From: Patescibacteria group bacterium
GTDB lineage: Bacteria; Patescibacteriota; Microgenomatia; UBA10105; UBA927
Assembly (NCBI GenBank): GCA_049322955.1
Contig: JBMOPU010000033.1
Location: forward strand, 128,784 to 192,783
Direction: 5' to 3'
Length of the DNA stretch: 64,000 bases
The position numbers were made by a program, and so were the translations under genes. The notes beneath the pieces are model-generated. The model worked only from the letters and a program-made list of their open reading frames with translations, was not told the origin of the DNA and ran no database searches. Shown here piece by piece: positions 30,287 to 39,386 of the stretch (positions are counted from its first letter, which is position 1; each line of letters opens with the position of its first letter).

Positions 30287-30694
30287 ATGGCACGTATCTC
30301 AGGAGTAGATTTACCGAACGACAAACGTCTTGATATTGCGCTTACCTATCTGTATGGGGTAGGCAGGTCAAACGTAAAACTTATCCTCCAAAAAGCCGAA
30401 CTTGATCCCACTCGACGATTCAAAACATTAACCGACGACGAAGTCAGCAAACTTACCAAAATCATCGAAAAAGAAACGATGGTCGAAGGAGATCTGCGTC
30501 GCGCGGTCGGCGATAATGTAAAGCGACTTATCGAGATCAAATCATATCGCGGTATCCGACACGCACGAAGACTTCCTTCCCGCGGACAGCGGACACGAAC
30601 AAACGCCCGCACCAAGCGCGGAAAGCGTATGACGGTGGGAGCGCTTAAGAAAGAAGATCGCGCAAAGACGGAAACAGCCGCGGCGGCAAAATAA
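30287..30694 (+). CDS. rpsM: 30S ribosomal protein S13
   Basis: MARISGVDLPNDKR… is typical of S13. Confidence 0.95.
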   Translation: MARISGVDLPNDKRLDIALTYLYGVGRSNVKLILQKAELDPTRRFKTLTDDEVSKLTKIIEKETMVEGDLRRAVGDNVKRLIEIKSYRGIRHARRLPSRGQRTRTNARTKRGKRMTVGALKKEDRAKTETAAAAK

Positions 30695-30697
30695 CCT

Positions 30698-31069
30698 ATG
30701 GCAACCAAATCAACCAAAACCATTCCGACAAAAGGCCGTGTCTATATTACGGCCACCTTCAACAATACGTTGGTGACGTTAACCGATGAACACGGCAATG
30801 CATTGTTCTGGGGTTCGTCAGGACTCGTAGGATTTAAGGGTGCAAGACGGGCAACGCCATATGCGGCAACGACCGCTGTGGAAGGAGTTGCCAGAAAAGC
30901 ACTTGATGCGGGTCTGCGCGAGGTTGAAGTGTATATCAAAGGGCCGGGAGCCGGTCGTGATGCGGCACTTCGCGCGTTAAAAGCAGTCGGATTGGGTATT
31001 ACGCTTATTGCCGATGTGACGCCCATCCCCCATAACGGGGTCAGACCGAAGAAAAAGCGGAGAGTATAA
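30698..31069 (+). CDS. rpsK: 30S ribosomal protein S11
   Basis: S11-family sequence (…[22 protein letters not shown]…). Confidence 0.95.
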   Translation: MATKSTKTIPTKGRVYITATFNNTLVTLTDEHGNALFWGSSGLVGFKGARRATPYAATTAVEGVARKALDAGLREVEVYIKGPGAGRDAALRALKAVGLGITLIADVTPIPHNGVRPKKKRRV

Positions 31070-31072
31070 CCT

Positions 31073-31693
31073 ATGGCAAAATATAACGGACCAAAAAACA
31101 GACTCGCACGAAAAGAAGGCATTGATTTGGGCCTTAAGACCGTCGGTACCAAAGCCCATGCCGGTTTACAACGCAGACTGAATGTTCCTCCGGGACAACA
31201 CGGTCAGAAAATGCGAAGGAAAGTATCTGGCTATGGAGTCCAGCTTCGTGAGAAACAGAAAATGAAGCGCCTGTACGGTGTTTTGGAACGCCAATTCAGA
31301 AAGTATTTTGCCATGGCAAGAAAGTGGCGGGGAAATACCGGTGACATGCTCGTCCAATTTTTGGAGCGCAGACTTGATAACACCGTGTATCGTTTGGGAC
31401 TTGCTCCCACGAGAACGAGTGCAAGACAATTTGTTTCCCACGGTCATATTATGGTCAACGGGGCACGGGTCAATATTCCGTCCTATCTTGTTGCCGCCGA
31501 TGCCGTCATTACCGTTAAGCCGAAAGCGGCGGAAATTCCGGTGATTAAAAAGATGCTCGAAGACAAAACCTTTACGCCTCCCGCATGGTTGGAGCGCAAA
31601 GGCGGGGCCGGAAAAGTAGTCCGTTTGCCGGAACGGGATGATGTGAAAGAAGATATTAATACACAATTAGTTATCGAGTATTATTCTCGTTAA
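31073..31693 (+). CDS. rpsD: 30S ribosomal protein S4
   Basis: S4 N-terminal and S4 RNA-binding domain. Confidence 0.95.
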   Translation: MAKYNGPKNRLARKEGIDLGLKTVGTKAHAGLQRRLNVPPGQHGQKMRRKVSGYGVQLREKQKMKRLYGVLERQFRKYFAMARKWRGNTGDMLVQFLERRLDNTVYRLGLAPTRTSARQFVSHGHIMVNGARVNIPSYLVAADAVITVKPKAAEIPVIKKMLEDKTFTPPAWLERKGGAGKVVRLPERDDVKEDINTQLVIEYYSR

Positions 31694-31764
31694 GGAGGCA
31701 GGGTCTAGGCTGTTGAGTTTATTTGGGGAAGTAAGCTCAAAGCATTATGCCCTAAGCACGAATT

Positions 31765-32685
31765 ATGATAGATCCGAATTTTGCAATAAAGACTGAGGTG
31801 GACAAACCCGGATACGGGATGTTTGTCATGGAACCTTTGGAACAGGGATATGGACACACGCTCGGCAACAGTCTTCGCCGGGTGCTTTTGACTTCTCTTC
31901 CCGGTGCATCCATAACGTCTATAAAAATCGGCGGTGTGGCGCATCAATTCTCGACGCTTGCAGGGCTTAAAGAAGACATTGTAGAACTTATTTTGAATCT
32001 TAAGAAGGTTCGTATCGCCGTTGCCACCGGAGAAAGTGCCGTGATCAAACTTTCCAAAAAAGGAGCGGGCACGGTTACCGCCGGTGATTTTGAAGTTCCC
32101 GCGGGAGTCACCATTGTGAATCCTGATCTTGTCATTGCAAACCTTACCGACAAAAAGGCGGAGCTTGATCTTGAAGCGACGGTTGAAACCGGATACGGCT
32201 ATGTTCAGGCGGATGAACGCCATGTTGATGAAGTAGGACGTATTCCCATGGATTCATTGTTTAGCCCGGTTGTTCGCGTCAATTATCGTGTTGACGCCAC
32301 CCGTGTGGGTCGCATGACGAACCTTGATAAGCTTGTTATGGAAATCTGGACCGATGAAACAATCAGTCCGCTTGCCGCATTGAAGAGTGCCGCAAAAGTG
32401 CTTGTCTCTTATTTCATGCAGGTTTATGAACCGAAAGCAAAGCTTTCTGACGAAGCGGTTGCGGTGGCTCCGTCTGTCTCCGATGAAGTGCTCAAAATGC
32501 GCATCGAAGAACTTGATATTCCGACCCGCATCGTCAATGCACTTGCGCGGGGAAGCATCGAAACCATCGGTCAGTTGTTGGGGACCCCCCGCACCGAGCT
32601 GATGAAGATCAAAAATCTCGGAGCAAAGTCCCTTTCTATCGTGGAAGACAAGCTTCGTGAAAAGGGAGTGGCAATTTCTGTCTAA
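31765..32685 (+). CDS. rpoA: DNA-directed RNA polymerase alpha subunit
   Basis: Alpha N-terminal domain and C-terminal domain (…ELDIPTRIVNALARGSIETIGQL…). Confidence 0.95.
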   Translation: MIDPNFAIKTEVDKPGYGMFVMEPLEQGYGHTLGNSLRRVLLTSLPGASITSIKIGGVAHQFSTLAGLKEDIVELILNLKKVRIAVATGESAVIKLSKKGAGTVTAGDFEVPAGVTIVNPDLVIANLTDKKAELDLEATVETGYGYVQADERHVDEVGRIPMDSLFSPVVRVNYRVDATRVGRMTNLDKLVMEIWTDETISPLAALKSAAKVLVSYFMQVYEPKAKLSDEAVAVAPSVSDEVLKMRIEELDIPTRIVNALARGSIETIGQLLGTPRTELMKIKNLGAKSLSIVEDKLREKGVAISV

Positions 32686-32690
32686 TACTT

Positions 32691-33182
32691 ATGAAGCACG
32701 GGTATTTTGGTCGCAAACTGGGAAGGAATAAAGATGAACGGCGTCGTCTGTTCATGATACTGACAAGATCCCTCATCGGATCGGGTCGGGTTCGTACCAC
32801 GATTGCGAAAGCAAAAGCAATTCAGCCGATGGTTGAAAAGCTTATTACCAAAGCAAAGTCAGGTGAATCCGGAGCGCTTCGTAAAGCATCTATGGTGCTT
32901 GCCGATGACGGTTCTTACAAGAAACTGCTTGAGATGGCAAAGGAACGATTCACCAAACGCACAAGCGGCTTCACAAGAATCGTAAAACTCGGAACCCGAC
33001 GGGGTGATGCGTCGGAAATGGTATATCTTGAGTTTGTCGATAGCGCGCCCGTCAAGGAACAACCGAAGAAAACGGCAAAAAAGGGTGAAAAAGAAGTACA
33101 GGAAGCGGAAGTGGTAACGGAAGAACCGAAAGCTCCCGTCAAAAAAGCGAAAGCCGAAAAAAAAGTAAAAGCGGATAAATAA
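32691..33182 (+). CDS. rplQ: 50S ribosomal protein L17 with a Lys/Glu-rich C-terminal tail of about 45 aa
   Basis: L17 core plus a KKTAKKGEKE…KKAKAEKKVKADK tail. Confidence 0.9.
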   Translation: MKHGYFGRKLGRNKDERRRLFMILTRSLIGSGRVRTTIAKAKAIQPMVEKLITKAKSGESGALRKASMVLADDGSYKKLLEMAKERFTKRTSGFTRIVKLGTRRGDASEMVYLEFVDSAPVKEQPKKTAKKGEKEVQEAEVVTEEPKAPVKKAKAEKKVKADK

Positions 33183-33183
33183 T

Positions 33184-33603
33184 ATGAACACTACCAAAGC
33201 GACCAAAGCAAGCAAGATTAACAGAGTTTGGCACCTTATTGATGCAAAGGATAAGGTTTTGGGACGCGTTGCTGTTGAAATTGCCGCGAAATTAATCGGT
33301 AAATCCAAGCCGTATTTTGTTCGCAACTTGGACTGCGGAGACTTTGTGGTCGTTATCAATGCAAAAGAAGTAAAAGTAACGGGTCATAAGGAAAAAGAAA
33401 AGCTTTACACCCGTTACTCAGGATTCCCGGGCGGCCTGAAGACCAAAGCGTTGTGGCAGATGCGGGATGAAAAGCCGACGGAAATTATCCGCCGTGCGGT
33501 AATGGGTATGCTTCCCAAAAACAAGTTGAGAAACCGTATGATTACGAGACTCCACATTTCGGCTGATGCAACACATAACTTTGCCAGTAAATTTAATCAA
33601 TAA
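33184..33603 (+). CDS. rplM: 50S ribosomal protein L13
   Basis: L13-family sequence (…RVWHLIDAKDKVLGRVA…). Confidence 0.95.
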   Translation: MNTTKATKASKINRVWHLIDAKDKVLGRVAVEIAAKLIGKSKPYFVRNLDCGDFVVVINAKEVKVTGHKEKEKLYTRYSGFPGGLKTKALWQMRDEKPTEIIRRAVMGMLPKNKLRNRMITRLHISADATHNFASKFNQ

Positions 33604-33608
33604 TCATT

Positions 33609-34067
33609 ATGGAAGAAGATACAAACCAAACAAAAACAACGTATTATGAAGCCGTAGGTCGCAGAAAGAATGCAACCGCACGGGTGAGACTGTATGTCGT
33701 CAAAGATGAGTCGGTGGTTATCAATGGGACGACGGTTGCCAAGGGCGACATGATTGTCAACGGCAGACCCGCCGAAGCGTATTTTCCCGGTGAAATCGAC
33801 AAGAAAGTATATCTTGAGCCGTTTAGAACCACCAACACGATCGGTAGATTTGCGGTGAGTGTCCATACGGTCGGTGGCGGGCTTGCGGGACAACTCGGTG
33901 CGACGTTACAGGGAATTTCCCGTGCACTTGAAAAGACGGATAAAGAGAAGTTCCGTCCGATCCTGAAGAAACGCGGCTTCATGACGCGTGATTCCAGAAA
34001 GAAACAACGCATCAAGGCAGGATTTGCTCACAAAGCGCGTGCTCGCAAGCAATCTCCGAAGCGATAA
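33609..34067 (+). CDS. rpsI: 30S ribosomal protein S9
   Basis: S9-family sequence ending in …KARARKQSPKR. Confidence 0.95.
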   Translation: MEEDTNQTKTTYYEAVGRRKNATARVRLYVVKDESVVINGTTVAKGDMIVNGRPAEAYFPGEIDKKVYLEPFRTTNTIGRFAVSVHTVGGGLAGQLGATLQGISRALEKTDKEKFRPILKKRGFMTRDSRKKQRIKAGFAHKARARKQSPKR

Positions 34068-34074
34068 GGTGGTC

Positions 34075-34154
34075 TCGGGACGGAAACGAGTTTCCTTCCC
34101 GATGTGGCGACAGGCAATGCCTGCGGAAAACCGCATCTGCTCTTCTTTCCTTTT
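34075..34154 (+). other. structured element copy A. It has a bulged hairpin with a C/U mismatch (34075-34102), a second hairpin (34111-34123) and a pyrimidine tract CTGCTCTTCTTTCC (34137-34154). It is a candidate terminator module or small RNA.
   Basis: Read directly: tcggga-c-ggaaa-cgag-tttcc-t-tcccga, then caggc-aat-gcctg, then ctgctcttctttcc. It is homologous to the copy at 40947-41025, with compensatory changes between copies. Confidence 0.45.
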
Positions 34155-34216
34155 ATAGCGCGGATATCCTATTGGTCGGGAAGTAGTACTGCTCTTTTTC
34201 CCTCAGCATGAACGTA

Positions 34217-34810
34217 CTATTTTTTGGCGCGTTCAAGGAAGTCGTTCAGAAGCGTTTGTTGTTCGTTGTCCGTAAGCGGAGTCGGAGTATTGTCATATAC
34301 CCGTTGTTTGGTGATTTCCCATAACAATATCGCCGTGGCGACCGATACATTGAGACTCTGCACAAATCCGCGCATAGGAATTTTGAGCACGGTATCGGCA
34401 CTCTTACGCATGACATCTGAGACCCCGGCATGTTCGTTGCCGACGATAACGGCAAGCGGTGTTTTGGGATCGTGATACCGTTCCAATGAAACGGCACCCT
34501 CGGTAAGTGCGGAAACAACGATACGATATTTTGCTTTTTTCAACGCTTCAATACATGCCTGTGCGGATGAAAACACCGTAAAATCCAACCATTTATTCGC
34601 GCTTGAACTCGTTGCCTTTCCGATGCGTTTGGGATTATACGGCGTCTCTTTTTCGAAAATAAACCACACCTGTTGGATACCCATTGCCTCGCATGTACGC
34701 AGTATCGCCGCCGCATTATGCGGATCATGAATATCTTCAAGTACCACGACCACCCCAGCCTGTCGGCTCCGTACCACGTCCGTAATCCTTTGTAATCGTC
34801 GTTGTTCCAT
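34217..34810 (-). CDS. SpoU/TrmH-family (SPOUT) RNA 2'-O-methyltransferase
   Basis: SPOUT motifs (…AVIVGNEHAGVS…, …QSLNVSVATAILLWE…). Start taken at MEQRRLQRI. The track start at 34849 is an alternative. Confidence 0.7.
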   Translation of the reverse strand: MEQRRLQRITDVVRSRQAGVVVVLEDIHDPHNAAAILRTCEAMGIQQVWFIFEKETPYNPKRIGKATSSSANKWLDFTVFSSAQACIEALKKAKYRIVVSALTEGAVSLERYHDPKTPLAVIVGNEHAGVSDVMRKSADTVLKIPMRGFVQSLNVSVATAILLWEITKQRVYDNTPTPLTDNEQQTLLNDFLERAKK

Positions 34811-34923
34811 AATGGGAATAAAAAGCTGAGGGCAATCCCACAACAACAATGAGGGTATAAGTGTTTGAATGCGAAGTCAAGCGAATGGCGTATCGTATGA
34901 AAGATGCCGTACTATAGAGGTAT

Positions 34924-36366
34924 ATGCGACAACGTACGAAAATCATAGCCGTCGCGTTAAGAATCGGCTTACTTTTTCTCAGCATCGCGGTAACGATAGT
35001 GGTGTGTGAATCCGTATTGCGAGGAGCTTCGGTCATTGCGGGTGCAAAGATTACATCGCGTATCCATACCGATACCGCCGACTTTGTTATCCTCACGCTG
35101 GGCGAGTCAACAACGCAGGATACCACCGGGCATACCTGGCCGCTCCTCCTCGAAAAACGACTTTCTCAGGCATATCCGAACCGTTCCATACGGGTTATCA
35201 ATAAAGCTATCCCCGGAACAAATACGAGTGTATTAGTGGGGAACCTTCCCGCACAGATTACCGAGTACCAGCCGGATGTGATTGTGAGCATGATGGGCAT
35301 AAACGATCAGTATGAGGCGACATTTCCGGCAAGTGTGTATATCCCCGATAAGGATACTACCCCGTGGCTGACCGTAAAGTTTTTTCGTATGACGGTACGA
35401 TATCTTTCCCTGCTGATTGCTGAAGCCCGTGACTTTTATCACTCACCCGATCCGTACGTGTTAAGTCAAAAAGCCGATATGTATCGGATAAACGGCGAGT
35501 ACGAACGTGCGGAACGGTATCTCCGACGATCGATTACTCTTGAGCCAGATAATCCCGAGCATTTGATGCTTTTGGCGATTCTCTATAGGGATATGTCCCG
35601 CAACCGTGAAGCCGAATATACGTTACTTACCGCAAAGCTAATCGCCCCGACTGCAGACGGCGTCTATGTCGAGCTTGGCAACTTCTATCGGGATAATGGA
35701 AACCATATGCTCGCTGAGGAGATGTACAAAACGGCATTGCTTCTTAATCCGCAAAACGGACTTGCCTATGATGCGTATGGGATGCTTGCTTCGTGGTATC
35801 AGGGGGATATGGCGAAAGCGAGGGAGTTATATGAGCAGGGAATCAGGTATTATCCGACCATGATTTCTCCGTATTTTGAACTGGCGGATATATATATTGC
35901 GGAGAATAATATCGGGAAAGCGAAGGCATTATACGAAAAAGTGCTTTCAGTTGAACCGAATAGCACACTGGCAAAACGCGGCCTTGCGAGGGTAGAAGGT
36001 GAGGTAATGGGCGACAGTAGCACAAACGAACAATCGCCCGGATCGCTGTTTTCCCCTATGACCGTCAAAAATTATGGAAAACTACTTGCGATCGCGAGTG
36101 CCCGACGCATTCCCGTAATTGCGGTACAGTATCCGTTACAATCGGCAGAAGAACTGCGGTCGGTGATTACGGGCTTAGCGGATTCTTTCAGTGAGGTGAC
36201 GGTAGTAGGAAATGAGGAAAACTTTCGGGATTTTTTGCAAAGGGGCTCGTATGATGATCTTTTTTCCGATCATTTCGGCGGCAATTTCGGTCACACGACC
36301 GAAAGAGGAAGCGAGCTTATCGCCGCCGGCGTTGCGCGTACGATAGAGACGATACTCAAGAGATAA
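34924..36366 (+). CDS. membrane-anchored SGNH/GDSL-family hydrolase with a TPR-repeat insertion of about 200 aa between catalytic blocks III and V
   Basis: Block I ILTLGESTT (Ser nucleophile). Block III MMGINDQ. Block V DHFGGNFGHTTERG (Asp/His). TPR repeats lie between them (…YRDNGNHMLAEEMYKTALLLNPQNGLAYDAYG…). Confidence 0.6.
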   Translation: MRQRTKIIAVALRIGLLFLSIAVTIVVCESVLRGASVIAGAKITSRIHTDTADFVILTLGESTTQDTTGHTWPLLLEKRLSQAYPNRSIRVINKAIPGTNTSVLVGNLPAQITEYQPDVIVSMMGINDQYEATFPASVYIPDKDTTPWLTVKFFRMTVRYLSLLIAEARDFYHSPDPYVLSQKADMYRINGEYERAERYLRRSITLEPDNPEHLMLLAILYRDMSRNREAEYTLLTAKLIAPTADGVYVELGNFYRDNGNHMLAEEMYKTALLLNPQNGLAYDAYGMLASWYQGDMAKARELYEQGIRYYPTMISPYFELADIYIAENNIGKAKALYEKVLSVEPNSTLAKRGLARVEGEVMGDSSTNEQSPGSLFSPMTVKNYGKLLAIASARRIPVIAVQYPLQSAEELRSVITGLADSFSEVTVVGNEENFRDFLQRGSYDDLFSDHFGGNFGHTTERGSELIAAGVARTIETILKR

Positions 36367-36425
36367 CAGCGCACGATCCCGCTAAGCGGGACGAACATTC
36401 GACTCCACCATGGACTTTATGCTTG

Positions 36426-36498
36426 TCGGGGCGACACGATTTGAACGTGCGACCACACGACCCCCAGCCGTGTGCTCTACCAACTGAGCTACGCCCCG
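36426..36498 (-). tRNA. tRNA-Pro (anticodon GGG)
   Basis: Hand-folded cloverleaf. Acceptor is C1-G72 with A73. D-arm is GCTC/GAGC. Anticodon stem is CACGG/TCGTG with loop CTGGGGG. T-arm is GCACG-TTCAAAT-CGTGT. The 3' CCA is not encoded. Confidence 0.85.
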
Positions 36499-36516
36499 TC
36501 TTCGTAATTCGGACCT

Positions 36517-36564
36517 CATTCACTTTGGGACGAAACCTACGGTTTCTTCCCAACGATCTTCCCT
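36517..36564. repeat. direct repeat copy 1 (48 nt) in the tRNA-Pro/recA divergent intergenic region. It contains the bulged hairpin 36525-36553.
   Basis: cattcactttgggacgaaacctacggtttcttcccaacgatcttccct. It is identical to copy 2. Confidence 0.85.
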
Positions 36565-36595
36565 TAATAGGAAAGATTATGGAAGAGATAACCTC

Positions 36596-36643
36596 CATTC
36601 ACTTTGGGACGAAACCTACGGTTTCTTCCCAACGATCTTCCCT
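36596..36643. repeat. direct repeat copy 2 (48 nt, period 79 nt). It contains the bulged hairpin 36604-36632.
   Basis: 48/48 identical to copy 1. The flanking (t)aatagga is also shared. Confidence 0.85.
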
Positions 36644-36832
36644 AATAGGAGTCGCGAACTATTCAGCTTCCTATCCCACGTTCGCGACAGATACATTATA
36701 ACCAGTCTTTATGTGGACTGTTCCAATATATCTTTATCGATCCTTGTATTCTATCATTTATTGTGTAAAAATGGGAAAGATCCTGCAAATACCGCAGGTC
36801 TGCCCCAATATTATTTCCCACAGGAGGTACGT

Positions 36833-37867
36833 ATGGCACAGGACCAAAAACTTCAGGCGATTCGTCTTGCGATGGAGACTATCGAAAAACAATACGGCAA
36901 AGGATCCATCATGAAGCTCGGCGACAAAAACAATGTCAAAGACGCCATTGATGTAGTTCCCACGGGAATCTTACCGCTTGATCTCGCCCTCGGAGTGGGC
37001 GGCGTGCCAAAGGGAAGAATCGTCGAAATTTACGGACCCGAAGCATCGGGCAAAACGACCGTATGTCTTTCCATCATTGCCGAAGCACAGAAGGCGGGGG
37101 GAGTGGCGGCGTTTATTGATGCCGAACATGCACTTGATCCCCAGTGGGCGGAAGTGTTGGGCGTGAAACTCGACAACCTGCTTATTTCTCAACCCGATAC
37201 CGGAGAACAGGCGCTTGAGATTGCCGAGACGCTTATCCGAAGCGGCGGTATTGACGTTATCGTCATTGACTCGGTGGCGGCGTTGGTGCCGCGTGCCGAA
37301 ATAGAAGGTGAAATGGGTGACAGTATGATGGGAGTGCATGCCCGCCTTATGTCACAAGCCTTACGAAAACTCACGGCAGTCATCGCAAAATCAAAGACGA
37401 TCGTTATATTTACCAATCAGCTCCGTCAGAAAATCGGTGTCATGTTCGGTAACCCCGAAACGACGACCGGAGGGATGGCGCTCAAGTTTTATGCCAGTAT
37501 CCGCATGGACAGCAGAAAGATCGAAACGATCAAAGACGGCGATAAAGTCATCGGAAGCAGGCATCGGGTACGGATTGTCAAAAATAAGGTTTCTCCGCCG
37601 TTTAGACTTGCCGAGTATGACGTCATGCATGACGGAATCTCCCGTGAAGGAGCAATCCTTGATGTCGGCGTAGAGCAGGGGGTTATCAGCAAATCGGGCG
37701 CGTTTCTCAAGTACGGCACCCAAATGCTCGGTCAGGGAAAGGAAGCGGCAAAACTATTCCTCAAGGAAAATCCCAAAGTATTTAAAGAGATTTCCGAAGC
37801 GATCTGGAAAGCGGTGAAGTCCGGCCACGCACAAGCCAAGGTTGCCGTCACCGAAGACGAAGAATAA
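36833..37867 (+). CDS. recA: recombinase RecA
   Basis: Walker [10 protein letters not shown] and L1/L2 loops. AGGAGG Shine-Dalgarno sequence at 36823-28. The track ORF start at 36713 was rejected. Confidence 0.95.
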   Translation: MAQDQKLQAIRLAMETIEKQYGKGSIMKLGDKNNVKDAIDVVPTGILPLDLALGVGGVPKGRIVEIYGPEASGKTTVCLSIIAEAQKAGGVAAFIDAEHALDPQWAEVLGVKLDNLLISQPDTGEQALEIAETLIRSGGIDVIVIDSVAALVPRAEIEGEMGDSMMGVHARLMSQALRKLTAVIAKSKTIVIFTNQLRQKIGVMFGNPETTTGGMALKFYASIRMDSRKIETIKDGDKVIGSRHRVRIVKNKVSPPFRLAEYDVMHDGISREGAILDVGVEQGVISKSGAFLKYGTQMLGQGKEAAKLFLKENPKVFKEISEAIWKAVKSGHAQAKVAVTEDEE

Positions 37868-37904
37868 CACGCCATCTGTCGATAGCGTACATTCCGCACA
37901 CGCC

Positions 37905-38663
37905 TTATTTTTTCTTAAATCCTTCGAGTGCATGAAGGATTTCAAGAGGAACCGTAAAGACCACCGTGTTCGATTGGTCGGACGAGATATCATTGATCGA
38001 ATTTAACGTCCGCAGATGCAGTGCTCCCGGTGTTTCTCCCATGGTTTTGGCGGCAATGGCGAGATTCTTTGATGCAATGACTTCTCCTTCAGAGTTGATG
38101 ATGGTGGCACGTTTTTCCCGTTCCGCTTCCGCTTGCTTGGCCATGGTACGTACCATGGATTCGGGAAGCTTGATATCTTTTAGTTCCACGCTTGAAACAT
38201 CCAGTCCCCAAAGTCCCGCGGATTTTTCGACGATATCGCGGATTTTGACCGCGAGATCATGACGCTGGGTGAGCAACTGGTCGAGTGTCACCTCTCCTAT
38301 GACGTTTCGCATGGTCGTTTGCGCAAGTTGGGAAACCGCCCAATAAAAATTCTCGACTTCGAGGATGGCTTTTTTTGCATCCACGATTTTGTAGTAAATA
38401 ACCGCGGTAATTTTAGTGCTGACGTTATCCTTGGTGATCACTTCCTGATCCGGTTCTTCGACCACTTTGGTACGGACGTCAACTTTTTGCCAGGTCTGAA
38501 AAATCGGAAGTACGATCCGCCAACCCGGCTCAAGGACTCCGGAAAACCGCCCGATGGTAAATTGGATACCCCGTTCGTACTCGTTAATTTGCTTGAGGGA
38601 AGAAAGAATCAGTACCGCTATGGCGATAAACACCGGGGTTAACCCCGCAAAAAGTAATTCCAT
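37905..38663 (-). CDS. SPFH/band-7 (stomatin/prohibitin-like) membrane protein
   Basis: N-terminal TM plus SPFH domain (…ITKDNVSTKITAVIYYKIVDAKKAILEVEN…). Start at 38663, which has a GGAGG Shine-Dalgarno sequence. Confidence 0.8.
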   Translation of the reverse strand: MELLFAGLTPVFIAIAVLILSSLKQINEYERGIQFTIGRFSGVLEPGWRIVLPIFQTWQKVDVRTKVVEEPDQEVITKDNVSTKITAVIYYKIVDAKKAILEVENFYWAVSQLAQTTMRNVIGEVTLDQLLTQRHDLAVKIRDIVEKSAGLWGLDVSSVELKDIKLPESMVRTMAKQAEAEREKRATIINSEGEVIASKNLAIAAKTMGETPGALHLRTLNSINDISSDQSNTVVFTVPLEILHALEGFKKK

Positions 38664-38719
38664 AAATACCTCCGTTAGGTGTAGTATATACGCGAGCTCT
38701 CCTGCGGGCAAGCATACCT

Positions 38720-39211
38720 ATGGACCTGTCAGAAAGTACCGTTTATGAACGACTGATGAACGCCGCTATCCGGTACATATCGTTTCGTCTGCGCAGTGAA
38801 AAAGAAATACGGGATTTTATCCGGCAAAAACTCATCAAAAGCCACACGACCGCGCCCGAGGTGGAAGCTCGGGTACTGCATCGACTCGGTGAACTGGACT
38901 ATGTGAACGATGAGAAATTCTGTGAGTGGTGGCTGAGCCAGCGGCAAGGCAGTAAGCCCAAGGGTATCCGGTTGATTCGTGCCGAGTTGGCACAGAAGGG
39001 GATCGCACGTGCGCTTATCGATAAAGCGGTGAGTCAGTCGGCATCCGATGAACGTACGCTCGCATACCGAGCCATAAATAAGAAACGCGAAATTTGGCGT
39101 CAATTGCCTCTCCTTGCCCGAAAAAAGAAGCTGGGAGACTATCTGTTACGCCGCGGTTTTTCCTCGGATGTCGTCCGGGGTGTCGTTGACGATGTAGTGG
39201 AAAACGTGTAA
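38720..39211 (+). CDS. recX: RecA regulator RecX
   Basis: RecX three-repeat helical protein (…YVNDEKFCEWWLSQR…). It is separated from recA by the antisense SPFH gene. Confidence 0.8.
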   Translation: MDLSESTVYERLMNAAIRYISFRLRSEKEIRDFIRQKLIKSHTTAPEVEARVLHRLGELDYVNDEKFCEWWLSQRQGSKPKGIRLIRAELAQKGIARALIDKAVSQSASDERTLAYRAINKKREIWRQLPLLARKKKLGDYLLRRGFSSDVVRGVVDDVVENV

Positions 39212-39386
39212 AATACATGACAGTAGGCCAGCAAATTGTTCTGGCATAGGTAAAGATATAAAAAACAACAGATTGACTTGTAGGATTATGAGATTGCATC
39301 ACACCACGTGTTCTCCTACATACCGCACTTCTTAAGCCGCGGATTTTTTTGTTGCTTTTTTGTCTTCACCTTGAGAAAGGATTCTT

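Noticed and set aside
36713-36832. 40-codon N-terminal extension of recA and the parallel ORF 36711-36914
   Set aside because: The extension lacks homology and overlaps the repeat region. A perfect AGGAGG Shine-Dalgarno sequence precedes the internal ATG at 36833, which gives the canonical RecA N-terminus.
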